A stretch of DNA of 34,493 nt from Kiritimatiellia bacterium (GCA_029939545.1 JAOZSS010000001.1:4747-39239); one strand, 5' to 3'; counted from the first letter of the stretch, positions 9,071 to 16,363 are shown. The notes: generated from the letters alone by a model not told the origin. Program-made: numbers and translations.

Positions 9071-10577
9071 TGGCGACGTAGCCAGCTTGCATCGCAGCCT
9101 CCATGCGCCCGATCTCTTCCCCGGTGAGCATGCTGAAGTGCGATGAGCGCTTTCGCGCAGAGAGATGTCCGTTGTTCTGCAGGCAGAAACGGATAAACAG
9201 GTCGATCTTCTGGTCCGGTAGATCCACGATCTTCTGTATCGCCGACTTGGTACGATCGTAGTTCTCGATGAAGTTCAGTTCCTCTACCAGCTCTGTGCTG
9301 ACGGTTCGATCGATGAACCGGAAGAGGGCTTCGACCTGTAGGGTCATATCCTGGTAGGCGTACCACCGCTGAACATCGTTGGTTACAGTCATTTTGCCCT
9401 GGTTGTCCAGGCTGTACTCGACAAGGGCCATCAACGGCCTGGAGAACGCTTCCAGCGATGCATCGTATTCGGCGGGATTTTTCAACATTGCCGCCGACAC
9501 TGGAAGCATCACGCCAGCCGGGCTGAATCCACACCGCGCCAGTATATTGTGAATCAGGAATCGGTGTATTCGACCGTTGCCGTCCTCAAACGGATGAATG
9601 AAGACGAACCCGTAGGCCACCGTTGCTGCATGAACCACAGCGGGGACACCGCCGCTCTCCATTGCCTTGTGGGTACCGATAAGACCGGCCATCAACTCGG
9701 ACACTGTCTCTGGTTTTGGGCAAGCGTAATGCACTTTTTCGTGCTGCCAGGAAATCGATTCCCCGACGTAGTTCTGACTCGTCCTGTAGTCGCTGTCACG
9801 GAACCGTGGGTCCACGGTCCGGTTCTGCAGGTCGACAAGTCTTTCCTTGGTGCAGAAGTCCTCTTGCTCCGCCAACTGTAGTAGCGCGATGAATCGCTCC
9901 GTTCGCGAAGATGTCGGCTTGATATGCTCGATCTCGAATGACGACTTGGTTTCCTTGGTATAGAGGTAGCTCATCGCTCGCCTCAGCATCTCCGGCGAAT
10001 AGCGAGCCACAATTTCCCTGCAACGCTCGGCCAGGTTTCTGTCTTCAAGTCGGCGCAGTGTCTCCGTCCGCCGGACGACGGGACAGAAATGGCAGTTTCC
10101 TGAGAGATTGTTGTTCACCCTCTGTCGGCGCACCTGTGGAGCGGGTGCCAGAGTGTAGTATTGGTCTGCGGCAAGAAGGTCGACGTAGTTGCCCCTATTC
10201 AGATCGGGCAGAGGCAACAGATTGCCCGTCAGGAACTCATATAGGAACCAGACCCGACGAGCGTATTTGCCGAGAGGCTTCAACTGGATGTAGCTTACGA
10301 TTTCAGATGAATCAGCAACGGGAAAAAGAGTAGCCAGAATTCCAAGGTTGATGCCGTCGTATTTCAGCGCAAACTCGAGGTGATCCCCCAACGAATCGCC
10401 TGGCCAGTAGGATGGAGGATAGATATCTGTGACGACGGCGCCCGCCGCCTCAGTGCGATGCGTACCGGAAGTTGCCACGAACGAGATGTGCCAGTTTGGC
10501 ACTACCTCAAGTGCGTAGCGTTTGACCAGTTCACCGTAGCCGGCAGGACGAATGGTCTTCTGTGATTCGGTTGTCAT
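9051..10577 (-). CDS. Fic (fido) family protein, ~500 aa class
   Basis: Canonical Fic motif HPFEDGNGRIHR (HxFx[D/E]GNGRxxR). SSFEIEH resembles the (S/T)xxxE(G/N) inhibitory motif. Long N-terminal extension (HLEFALKYDGINL, YARRVWFLYEFLTG). Confidence 0.93.
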   Translation of the reverse strand: MTTESQKTIRPAGYGELVKRYALEVVPNWHISFVATSGTHRTEAAGAVVTDIYPPSYWPGDSLGDHLEFALKYDGINLGILATLFPVADSSEIVSYIQLKPLGKYARRVWFLYEFLTGNLLPLPDLNRGNYVDLLAADQYYTLAPAPQVRRQRVNNNLSGNCHFCPVVRRTETLRRLEDRNLAERCREIVARYSPEMLRRAMSYLYTKETKSSFEIEHIKPTSSRTERFIALLQLAEQEDFCTKERLVDLQNRTVDPRFRDSDYRTSQNYVGESISWQHEKVHYACPKPETVSELMAGLIGTHKAMESGGVPAVVHAATVAYGFVFIHPFEDGNGRIHRFLIHNILARCGFSPAGVMLPVSAAMLKNPAEYDASLEAFSRPLMALVEYSLDNQGKMTVTNDVQRWYAYQDMTLQVEALFRFIDRTVSTELVEELNFIENYDRTKSAIQKIVDLPDQKIDLFIRFCLQNNGHLSARKRSSHFSMLTGEEIGRMEAAMQAGYVATTDENG

Positions 10578-10614
10578 GGCGCACCAGTCCTTCTGAATCG
10601 CTTACGACCACAAG

Positions 10615-10695
10615 AATACGTTTATATATGAGCACATGACAAGGAAAACGTTTACGTGCGAGCGTAATTGATGGATAACGTTCAGATGTTGATGC
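10615..10695. promoter_or_regulatory. Three imperfect direct repeats at a 30-bp period upstream of fic
   Basis: AATACGTTTATATATGAGC (10615), AAAACGTTTACGTGCGAGC (10645) and ATAACGTTCAGATGTTGATGC (10675). Confidence 0.5.
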
Positions 10696-10709
10696 CTGAG
10701 GTCTATGAA

Positions 10710-10931
10710 GTCCACCTCCTGCCGCCGGAGCTCGACTGGAAAGGCCCCGACGGCCTCGGCACCATCCGATTCGAGCAACGGCCCACCGACGACCCCCTGC
10801 ACCTGACCCTCATGCAGGAAGTCAACCTGAACCCAGCCGTCATCCGACCCGAAGCCTACCCCGTCCTCCTCGACCTCCACCAACAGCTCCAGCACCCGTC
10901 CGTTCGGACGATACTGGTGGAGCTGGAGTAA
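10710..10931 (+). repeat. Direct repeat copy 2: orphan 3' fragment of the transglutaminase gene (within ORF 10668..10931)
   Basis: Encodes VHLLPPELDWKGPDGLGTIRFEQRPTDDPLHLTLMQEVNLNPAVIRPEAYPVLLDLHQQLQHPSVRTILVELE*, with only 3 amino-acid differences from the main gene's C-terminus. Confidence 0.97.
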
Positions 10932-11032
10932 GCCAAGGCATTCCTTTGCTCCAAAGGATTGATTGCTCAGTGTAAACACATAGGCGGCGAACTGCGTTGC
11001 ACTCTCACAGGAGGATGCACACTCTCGCGCTA

Positions 11033-11392
11033 TCATTTAGGTCGACGGATGCGCAGCTTAGTGTCTGTGGCCACCACAAGACACGCTGACCAGGCATCGA
11101 CACGTTCGGTCTGAAAAAGACCCAAGATTCGTGCCGTCAAGGCGTGAAGGCCGGGATCACGCAACCTTACCAGAAGAATACCGTGATGGTTACCGGGAAC
11201 GAAACGTCGGATATCGGAGAAGTCAAGATCCTGAGTGATCAGGAATCGGCCCGCTTCACTCGCGTATCGCCACACATCGTCATCATCATGCCCCGCTATG
11301 CCCTCTGAGATAACGGTATCGACATCATGGCCGAGATCTTCGATGGCCTCCTGGAGAGAAGCGGGAATATTCTCATCCAGTTTGATCTTCAT
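11033..11392 (-). CDS. DUF5615 PIN-like toxin (VapC45-like)
   Basis: MKIKLDENIP, GHDVDTV, DDDVWRYA, FLITQDLDF and HHGILLVRL. Its start overlaps the DUF433 stop (ATGA). Confidence 0.9.
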   Translation of the reverse strand: MKIKLDENIPASLQEAIEDLGHDVDTVISEGIAGHDDDDVWRYASEAGRFLITQDLDFSDIRRFVPGNHHGILLVRLRDPGLHALTARILGLFQTERVDAWSACLVVATDTKLRIRRPK

Positions 11393-11628
11393 GCGAAGGC
11401 CGGTAGTGCCGGAACCGGAATATCTTCTTCTGTAGTCCGAGCCGCAAAGGCAATGACGGCACGAACAGCTTCTTCGGTGAGAGTGGGGAAATCCACCAGG
11501 ATGTCTGCGACGGTACACCCTTCAGCCAGGCTGGCTAGAACTGTGCGCAGGGATACACGCGTCCCCGCGATAACGGGTTCGCCCCCACATAGCGATGGAT
11601 TTCGCACAATAAACTTCGCGTAGTTCAT
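11389..11628 (-). CDS. DUF433 antitoxin (VapB45-like)
   Basis: IVRNPSLCGGEPVIAGTRVSLRTVLASLAEGCTVADILVDFPTLTEEAVRAVIAFA is the DUF433 signature. ATG at 11628. Confidence 0.92.
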   Translation of the reverse strand: MNYAKFIVRNPSLCGGEPVIAGTRVSLRTVLASLAEGCTVADILVDFPTLTEEAVRAVIAFAARTTEEDIPVPALPAFA

Positions 11629-11665
11629 GAGAATAGTTTCAATGACGAGTACCTCCCCCGTCAAG

Positions 11666-11863
11666 CCGATTCGAGGCGACTTGCGGCTTCACAACGGCCC
11701 ACCACATCGCACTCGTGCAGGATGTCGACCTCAACCCAGCCGTCATCCGCCCCGAAGCCTGTCCCGTCCTCCTCAACCTCCACCAACAGCTCCAGCACCC
11801 GTCCGTTCGGACCATCCTGGTGGAGCTGGAGTGACGGCAGATGTTCTTCCAAAGGACGGGTGG
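11666..11863 (+). repeat. Direct repeat copy 3: degraded 3' fragment of the transglutaminase gene
   Basis: CCGATTCGAG, a 16-nt insertion, CAACGGCCCACC, a short deletion, then HIALVQDVDLNPAVIRPEACPVLLNLHQQLQHPSVRTILVELE* (TGA at 11832-11834). It shares downstream CGGCAGATGTTCTTCCAAA with copy 1. Confidence 0.93.
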
Positions 11864-11953
11864 GGCACTGCCGACAGTGGGCAGCTCGGGGGGCTGAGGA
11901 GGCGGGGCGGGAGAGGAGACGATGCTCCCGGTGTAGGGCGGCACTGCGCGCGG

Positions 11954-11974
11954 CTTACGTAAGGCTTACGTAAG
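11954..11974. repeat. Tandem doubled palindrome CTTACGTAAG-G-CTTACGTAAG
   Basis: Two perfect 10-bp palindromes separated by 1 nt, seen directly. Confidence 0.8.
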
Positions 11975-12120
11975 ACCCCGAACTCCACGCAAGCTATGCC
12001 GGGCACGTCGCACCTGTAGGGATGCTGGAGGTCTGAGGTCAAGACTCGATCACTCCGGCGCACCGAAGTGCGCCATTGCTTGCGTGTGAGCACGACGTTG
12101 GCAGAAAAGTGATTGGCGAG

Positions 12121-12147
12121 ACGTACACAATTCGAGATACTGTACGT
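12121..12147. promoter_or_regulatory. Probable antitoxin operator (inverted repeat)
   Basis: ACGTACA-N13-TGTACGT ends just before the antitoxin ATG at 12149, the usual position for TA autorepression. Confidence 0.55.
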
Positions 12148-12148
12148 C

Positions 12149-12381
12149 ATGAATACAAAACTGACATTAAGAATTGACATGTTTGTGCATCAGGCGAAGG
12201 CGCACGCCGCACGCCGCGGCAAGTCGGTTTCACAGATGTTTAGCGAATTTGTGGCGGCCCTGGCCTCGAGCAGACCTAAGCCTGCTCTTCCCCCGGTACA
12301 GGCTCCCTGGTGGGGATCATGAAGGGCCACCGGGTGTCAGAGAAGGACTACAAGAAACATCTTGGGAAGAAGTACTCTTGA
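12149..12381 (+). pseudogene. DUF6364-like ribbon-helix-helix antitoxin, frameshifted
   Basis: MNTKLTLRID...AKAHAARRGKSVSQMF...LPPV stops at 12322. The expected tail GSLVGIMKGHRVSEKDYKKHLGKKYS* continues in another frame to TGA 12379-12381, placing the frameshift near 12298-12300. Confidence 0.8.
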
Positions 12382-12494
12382 GAGTTCTGGTTGACACCAA
12401 CATCATTCTCGATGTGCTCCTTGACCGGAAGCCCTTCGTCGAGCACGCAACTCGGATCTTTGCGCTTGTCGAGAAATCCTGTCTTCTTCCTTGA
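12378..12494 (+). pseudogene. PIN-domain toxin (VapC-like), truncated after ~34 codons
   Basis: TTG overlaps the antitoxin stop (TTGA). [20 protein letters not shown] is a classical PIN N-terminus. The sequence runs into the antisense strand of msrB at about 12480. Confidence 0.85.
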
Positions 12495-12957
12495 ACCCCA
12501 AGCTGGCGGAGTTGATGCAGTAGCGCTGGCCGGTGGGTTGGGGGCCGTCTTCGAAGACGTGGCCGAGGTGGCCGCCGCAGTTGGAGCAGAGCACTTCGGT
12601 GCGCCGCATGCCGACGCTGCTGTCGACACGCTCAGCTATGTTGGACGCATGTGAGGTCTGGTAGAAACTCGGCCAGCCGCAACCGGACTCATACTTCTCA
12701 CCGGACGCGAATAGTTCTGCCCCGCAACCGGCGCAGGTGTACGTGCCCGCCTGCTTGTTGTGCAGGAGCGCCCCGGTTCCGGCCCGTTCGGTGCCTGCCT
12801 TACGCAACACCCGATACTGCATAGGCGTCAGTTGCGCTTTCCATTCGGCGTCAGTCTTCTCAACATTCGTACCCATGGTCTTCTCCGCATTCTCAACCAC
12901 CGTTTGCCGACATGACACCAACATGGCCAATGAACAGATAGTGACGGCCGTCTTCAT
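12403..12957 (-). CDS. msrB: Peptide-methionine (R)-S-oxide reductase with a lipoprotein-like signal
   Basis: Motifs [46 protein letters not shown] and RYCINS. N-terminus [16 protein letters not shown]; GGGAGG RBS. The C-terminal ~25 aa read through the PIN remnant. Confidence 0.95.
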   Translation of the reverse strand: MKTAVTICSLAMLVSCRQTVVENAEKTMGTNVEKTDAEWKAQLTPMQYRVLRKAGTERAGTGALLHNKQAGTYTCAGCGAELFASGEKYESGCGWPSFYQTSHASNIAERVDSSVGMRRTEVLCSNCGGHLGHVFEDGPQPTGQRYCINSASLGFKEEDRISRQAQRSELRARRRASGQGAHRE

Positions 12958-13003
12958 TTGTGCCTCCCGTCCCACTCTCCCACGTTCGCATCGTCTCACC
13001 TTC

Positions 13004-13705
13004 TCACTCACTCCCCACATCCCTCGCAAACTTCGGATTGTTGCCGGCAATGACGATGGTGACTTCGCCTTTGACTTTGCCCTCGGCGAACTGTTCAGCC
13101 AGGTCGGACAGGAAGCCACGCGAAACCCGTTCGAACTTTTTGGTCAGTTCGATACAGACCGCGGCCTCGCGATCGCCCAGCACGTCATGCGCCGCAGCGA
13201 GACACTTGCCGACACGGAATGGCGACTCAAACAAAACGAGCGTATGGGGCAAGTCCCGCTCGGTCTCGAAGAAGCGCTTCAGGGCGCCAGCCTTGCGCGG
13301 CGGAAAGCCTTTAAAGGTATAGCTGGAGGTGGAAAGCCCTGACACCACGAGGGCCACCGGCACGGACGAGGCGCCGGGAATCACCTGCAGCTCGAGGTCG
13401 CGCTCCACGGCGAGCCGGACGAGGCGGTATCCGGGATCGCTGATTCCGGGCATGCCGCCATCCGAACAGAGCGCAACGGTGTGGCCGTCCTCCAAGGCGC
13501 GCACGAGTCGTTGACCGGCCCGCTTCTCGTTCCCTTCGCGGTAGGAGATGAGTTCGGAGGGGCGGGGAATATCAAAATGCTGTAGCAGAATACGCGTCCG
13601 GCGCGTGTCTTCACAGGCAATCACGTCGGCCGCCGTGAGTGCTTCGACACCACGTCGGCTCATGTCATCCAGGTTGCCGATCGGTGTAGCTACAACATAG
13701 AGCAT
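13004..13705 (-). CDS. rsmI: 16S rRNA (cytidine1402-2'-O)-methyltransferase
   Basis: [45 protein letters not shown] and KGE. Confidence 0.96.
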   Translation of the reverse strand: MLYVVATPIGNLDDMSRRGVEALTAADVIACEDTRRTRILLQHFDIPRPSELISYREGNEKRAGQRLVRALEDGHTVALCSDGGMPGISDPGYRLVRLAVERDLELQVIPGASSVPVALVVSGLSTSSYTFKGFPPRKAGALKRFFETERDLPHTLVLFESPFRVGKCLAAAHDVLGDREAAVCIELTKKFERVSRGFLSDLAEQFAEGKVKGEVTIVIAGNNPKFARDVGSE

Positions 13706-13758
13706 ACTCAGTTTCCTTCCCTGGGGAAGTGGACGTTATGGGTAAGCTGATTCCGGCA

Positions 13759-14253
13759 TCATGGCGACTTGCGCTGTACGGCATCACGTAGCGTGTCAAC
13801 CGTTGTGCTGAAGCGGTCCACATTGCGTTCATCCAAGTCCATCAGTTCGCTATGCGCTTCCAGCAACGTCTCGGGCATGGGAACGGACTTCTCGATGAGG
13901 GGAATATCCTCCAGGTAGAACGGTACGGTGTCTACGCAGGGACGAATATCGAACGCGGTCTCAAACCCCATGTTTTCAAGCAGAATGTTGATATCTTCAC
14001 TCGTCGACAGAAGCGTCGGCTTGCGGTGGTGGTGTGCAATGAAACGACGTGCGATCTTGGCCAGCAGTCCCAAGATCGTGCTGTCGATATGCTCGGTCTT
14101 GCGCATATCGATGATGATGTCGGAGAGCGTCTGGTTGATCGACTCCTCAATGAACGCATCGAAGCGGCGACTCATGGTGAATGTAACGCGCCCGGTCAGC
14201 CTGATATGGCAGACCCCATCTTCAGTCGCTGTCTGTATATTGAATTCGCTCAC
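13759..14253 (-). CDS. STAS-domain anti-sigma-factor antagonist (RssC/PA2797-like)
   Basis: IRLTGRVTF, IIIDM...IDSTILGLL (phosphorylatable Ser), LLENMGF and C-terminal LLEAHSELMDLDERNVDRF. Confidence 0.88.
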   Translation of the reverse strand: MSEFNIQTATEDGVCHIRLTGRVTFTMSRRFDAFIEESINQTLSDIIIDMRKTEHIDSTILGLLAKIARRFIAHHHRKPTLLSTSEDINILLENMGFETAFDIRPCVDTVPFYLEDIPLIEKSVPMPETLLEAHSELMDLDERNVDRFSTTVDTLRDAVQRKSP

Positions 14254-14271
14254 AACATCCTAAGAATAGAC

Positions 14272-14304
14272 GGTTCGAGGTTTAAGGTTCAAGGTTCAAG
14301 GTTC
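14272..14304. repeat. Heptamer tandem repeat (GGTTCAA)n, ~4.7 units
   Basis: GGTTCGA GGTTTAA GGTTCAA GGTTCAA GGTTC, between the phosphatase and STAS genes. Confidence 0.85.
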
Positions 14305-14311
14305 CTGGGTC

Positions 14312-16237
14312 TTATATCCGCTGAACAGTGAGGATCGATACATCATCCGGCGGCATCCTGATATCGGCCAAGGTCAGGCGTTTCCCCATACGCCCGATAT
14401 CGCCGTCGCTCCGCTCCACCACGGTTTCAAGATGTTGCTGCTTCTCCATTAAGGTGGCTTGGTCGAGCAGCTCCAGCACTCCGTCGGAAAAGAAAACGAA
14501 GACAAATGCCTGCGGCAGATCCAGGTCCGCATTCTCATACGTTGAAAACGGGAACATGCCCAATGGCGTCCCCTTGATCTGCATGCCTGCGGCTGCACCG
14601 CCACTCAACAGGATTGGGTAGGGGAACTGACCGCCGTTGGCATAAGTCAACCGATTCGTATCCGTGTCGATAATACCGTAGAAAAGCGTGAGGTGTTTCC
14701 CTATATCCTGCCCAAGCAGTTCCGTGTTCAGCCGGGTTAGAAGCATACCGGGATTCAGCACCACTCGGTCTTCGTTGTTCGTGAAGCGCTCCCGGGCATA
14801 GGACATGAAGCTTTTTAGCAGCACAGTGATGAACGACGAAGAGACGCCATGACCCGACACATCAGCGATATAGAACCCCACATGTTGCTCATCGATCCGG
14901 AAGTAGTCGACAAAGTCGCCGCTCATATAGAACGAAGGCGCGAGAAGGCGCGAGAAAACCAGCGGACCGATCTGCTCTATGGCCGGAGGCAGCAGGCTGG
15001 TCTGGATCGATTTCCCGGCCTCCTCATCGTCACGAAGCTGCTGGAGCGACTCCTCGAGGCGGCGGTTTGTTGCGATCAGTGTGTGGGTACGACTCTGAAT
15101 CTTGTTCTCGAGATCCTCGTTGAGGGCACGAATCGAGTCAACCGCGTGACGGCGCTCCGTGATTTCCACCATGATCCAGATTAAGCCTTCCGGTTCCTTC
15201 TTGTCCTTCATGCCTGCTACCGTGGATATGGAAATATCCCCCCAGTAGATGCTTCCGTCAGGCCATTGATATCGTTTCTCGGAGCGAAACGTGTTGCCGT
15301 TGCCCGAGAGAATTCGATCGACCATGCGTTGTAGCGTGGACTGATCGTTCGGATGAAAATAGTCGAGCATGGACTGACCCACGAGCTCGTCAGAAGACCG
15401 GCCGAACATCTGGCACATTCCGGGATTGGCTCGCTTGATGGTGCCCTCGCAGTCTGTCATGGCCAGTCCGACCGCCGTGTTCCGGAAGAAGGCACGAAAC
15501 CGGGTCTCCAGCTCGGCCAGGAGAGCGCGGGTCTCAGAGATTTCCGCGATCTCGGTGGACAGGCGCGTCGCCATCAGGATGACCATGCCCATGTAGGAGT
15601 ATTCCAGCAGGTAGATGGACTGGATGATGCCAACCGCAACAGCGGTGTCATGCACGACCCCAAAAAAGAAACAGACCAGCGCCACCACCAAGGGAAGGGC
15701 GCGCACGTGGCTCACGCGCCGGTAGAAGCGCAGCCCCACGATCAGCATGTAGATAAAGGCTAGAATGCTCAGCAGATGGAAGCAGACCCCTATCAGCGAG
15801 AACTCGACCTCCCGGTAACTCACCGCACTTCCCAGGAAACGGAACGCCCGCAAGACCGGCCAGTCGACATGAAAGATAAGCGTGTCGGGCGCGAAAGCCA
15901 TCGTGACGGCCATGACCGTGAAAAAGCCCGTGCTGGCCCAACGAAAGCGGCGCGACACAGCGCCAGTGTAGTCGGAACAGAACCAGACAAACGTCATGCC
16001 GACAAAGGCGAGCGACACCATCTGCACGCGCTGCCACATCATGCCGTCCTCGACCGCCGTGGCGCTGTACAGCCCCGCACAGAAGATATCGTACATCCCC
16101 ATCGCTAAACAGCTCAGGGCAAATGTGAGGTCGGTTCGCTTACGCCGGCGACGGGAGGAGAGCAGTAGATGGTAGACCCCCGTGTACAGCGTAATGCTGG
16201 CAAGGACAACAGCCGGAACTGACTGGGACGCGATCAT
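14312..16237 (-). CDS. Membrane sensor with PAS domain and SpoIIE/PP2C phosphatase (start may instead be TTG 16270)
   Basis: About 7 hydrophobic segments, a PAS domain (FRAFFRN...ANPGMCQMFG...FHPND...DGSIYW), a coiled coil, then PP2C motifs SGDFVD, IADVSGHG, ANGGQ, FSDG and DDVS. Confidence 0.9.
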   Translation of the reverse strand: MIASQSVPAVVLASITLYTGVYHLLLSSRRRRKRTDLTFALSCLAMGMYDIFCAGLYSATAVEDGMMWQRVQMVSLAFVGMTFVWFCSDYTGAVSRRFRWASTGFFTVMAVTMAFAPDTLIFHVDWPVLRAFRFLGSAVSYREVEFSLIGVCFHLLSILAFIYMLIVGLRFYRRVSHVRALPLVVALVCFFFGVVHDTAVAVGIIQSIYLLEYSYMGMVILMATRLSTEIAEISETRALLAELETRFRAFFRNTAVGLAMTDCEGTIKRANPGMCQMFGRSSDELVGQSMLDYFHPNDQSTLQRMVDRILSGNGNTFRSEKRYQWPDGSIYWGDISISTVAGMKDKKEPEGLIWIMVEITERRHAVDSIRALNEDLENKIQSRTHTLIATNRRLEESLQQLRDDEEAGKSIQTSLLPPAIEQIGPLVFSRLLAPSFYMSGDFVDYFRIDEQHVGFYIADVSGHGVSSSFITVLLKSFMSYARERFTNNEDRVVLNPGMLLTRLNTELLGQDIGKHLTLFYGIIDTDTNRLTYANGGQFPYPILLSGGAAAGMQIKGTPLGMFPFSTYENADLDLPQAFVFVFFSDGVLELLDQATLMEKQQHLETVVERSDGDIGRMGKRLTLADIRMPPDDVSILTVQRI

Positions 16238-16363
16238 GGGGGTTATACTTTCACTGCTCAGGGCAATCAACCACGTTTCGCTATGACAAGCAACCCGGAA
16301 GTCAGAGGTCAGGGTTGGGTGAGAGGTTGATTGATGCGTGATGGTGGGGTATAAGACCGAACC

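Noticed and set aside
10611-10695. Mini CRISPR array
   Set aside because: The 30-bp period is too short, the units are degenerate with no repeat/spacer structure, and there are no cas genes.
7830-10931. Diversity-generating retroelement (VR at a gene 3' end plus a downstream TR)
   Set aside because: The layout is superficially similar, but mismatches are not confined to adenines of either copy (e.g. G/C, and A/G in both directions). They are mostly synonymous, and no reverse transcriptase or Avd is in the window.
8052-12494. Classical integron with attC sites
   Set aside because: There is no intI, and I found no convincing RYYYAAC...GTTRRRY paired sites at the cargo boundaries. The delimiters are coding-sequence repeats.
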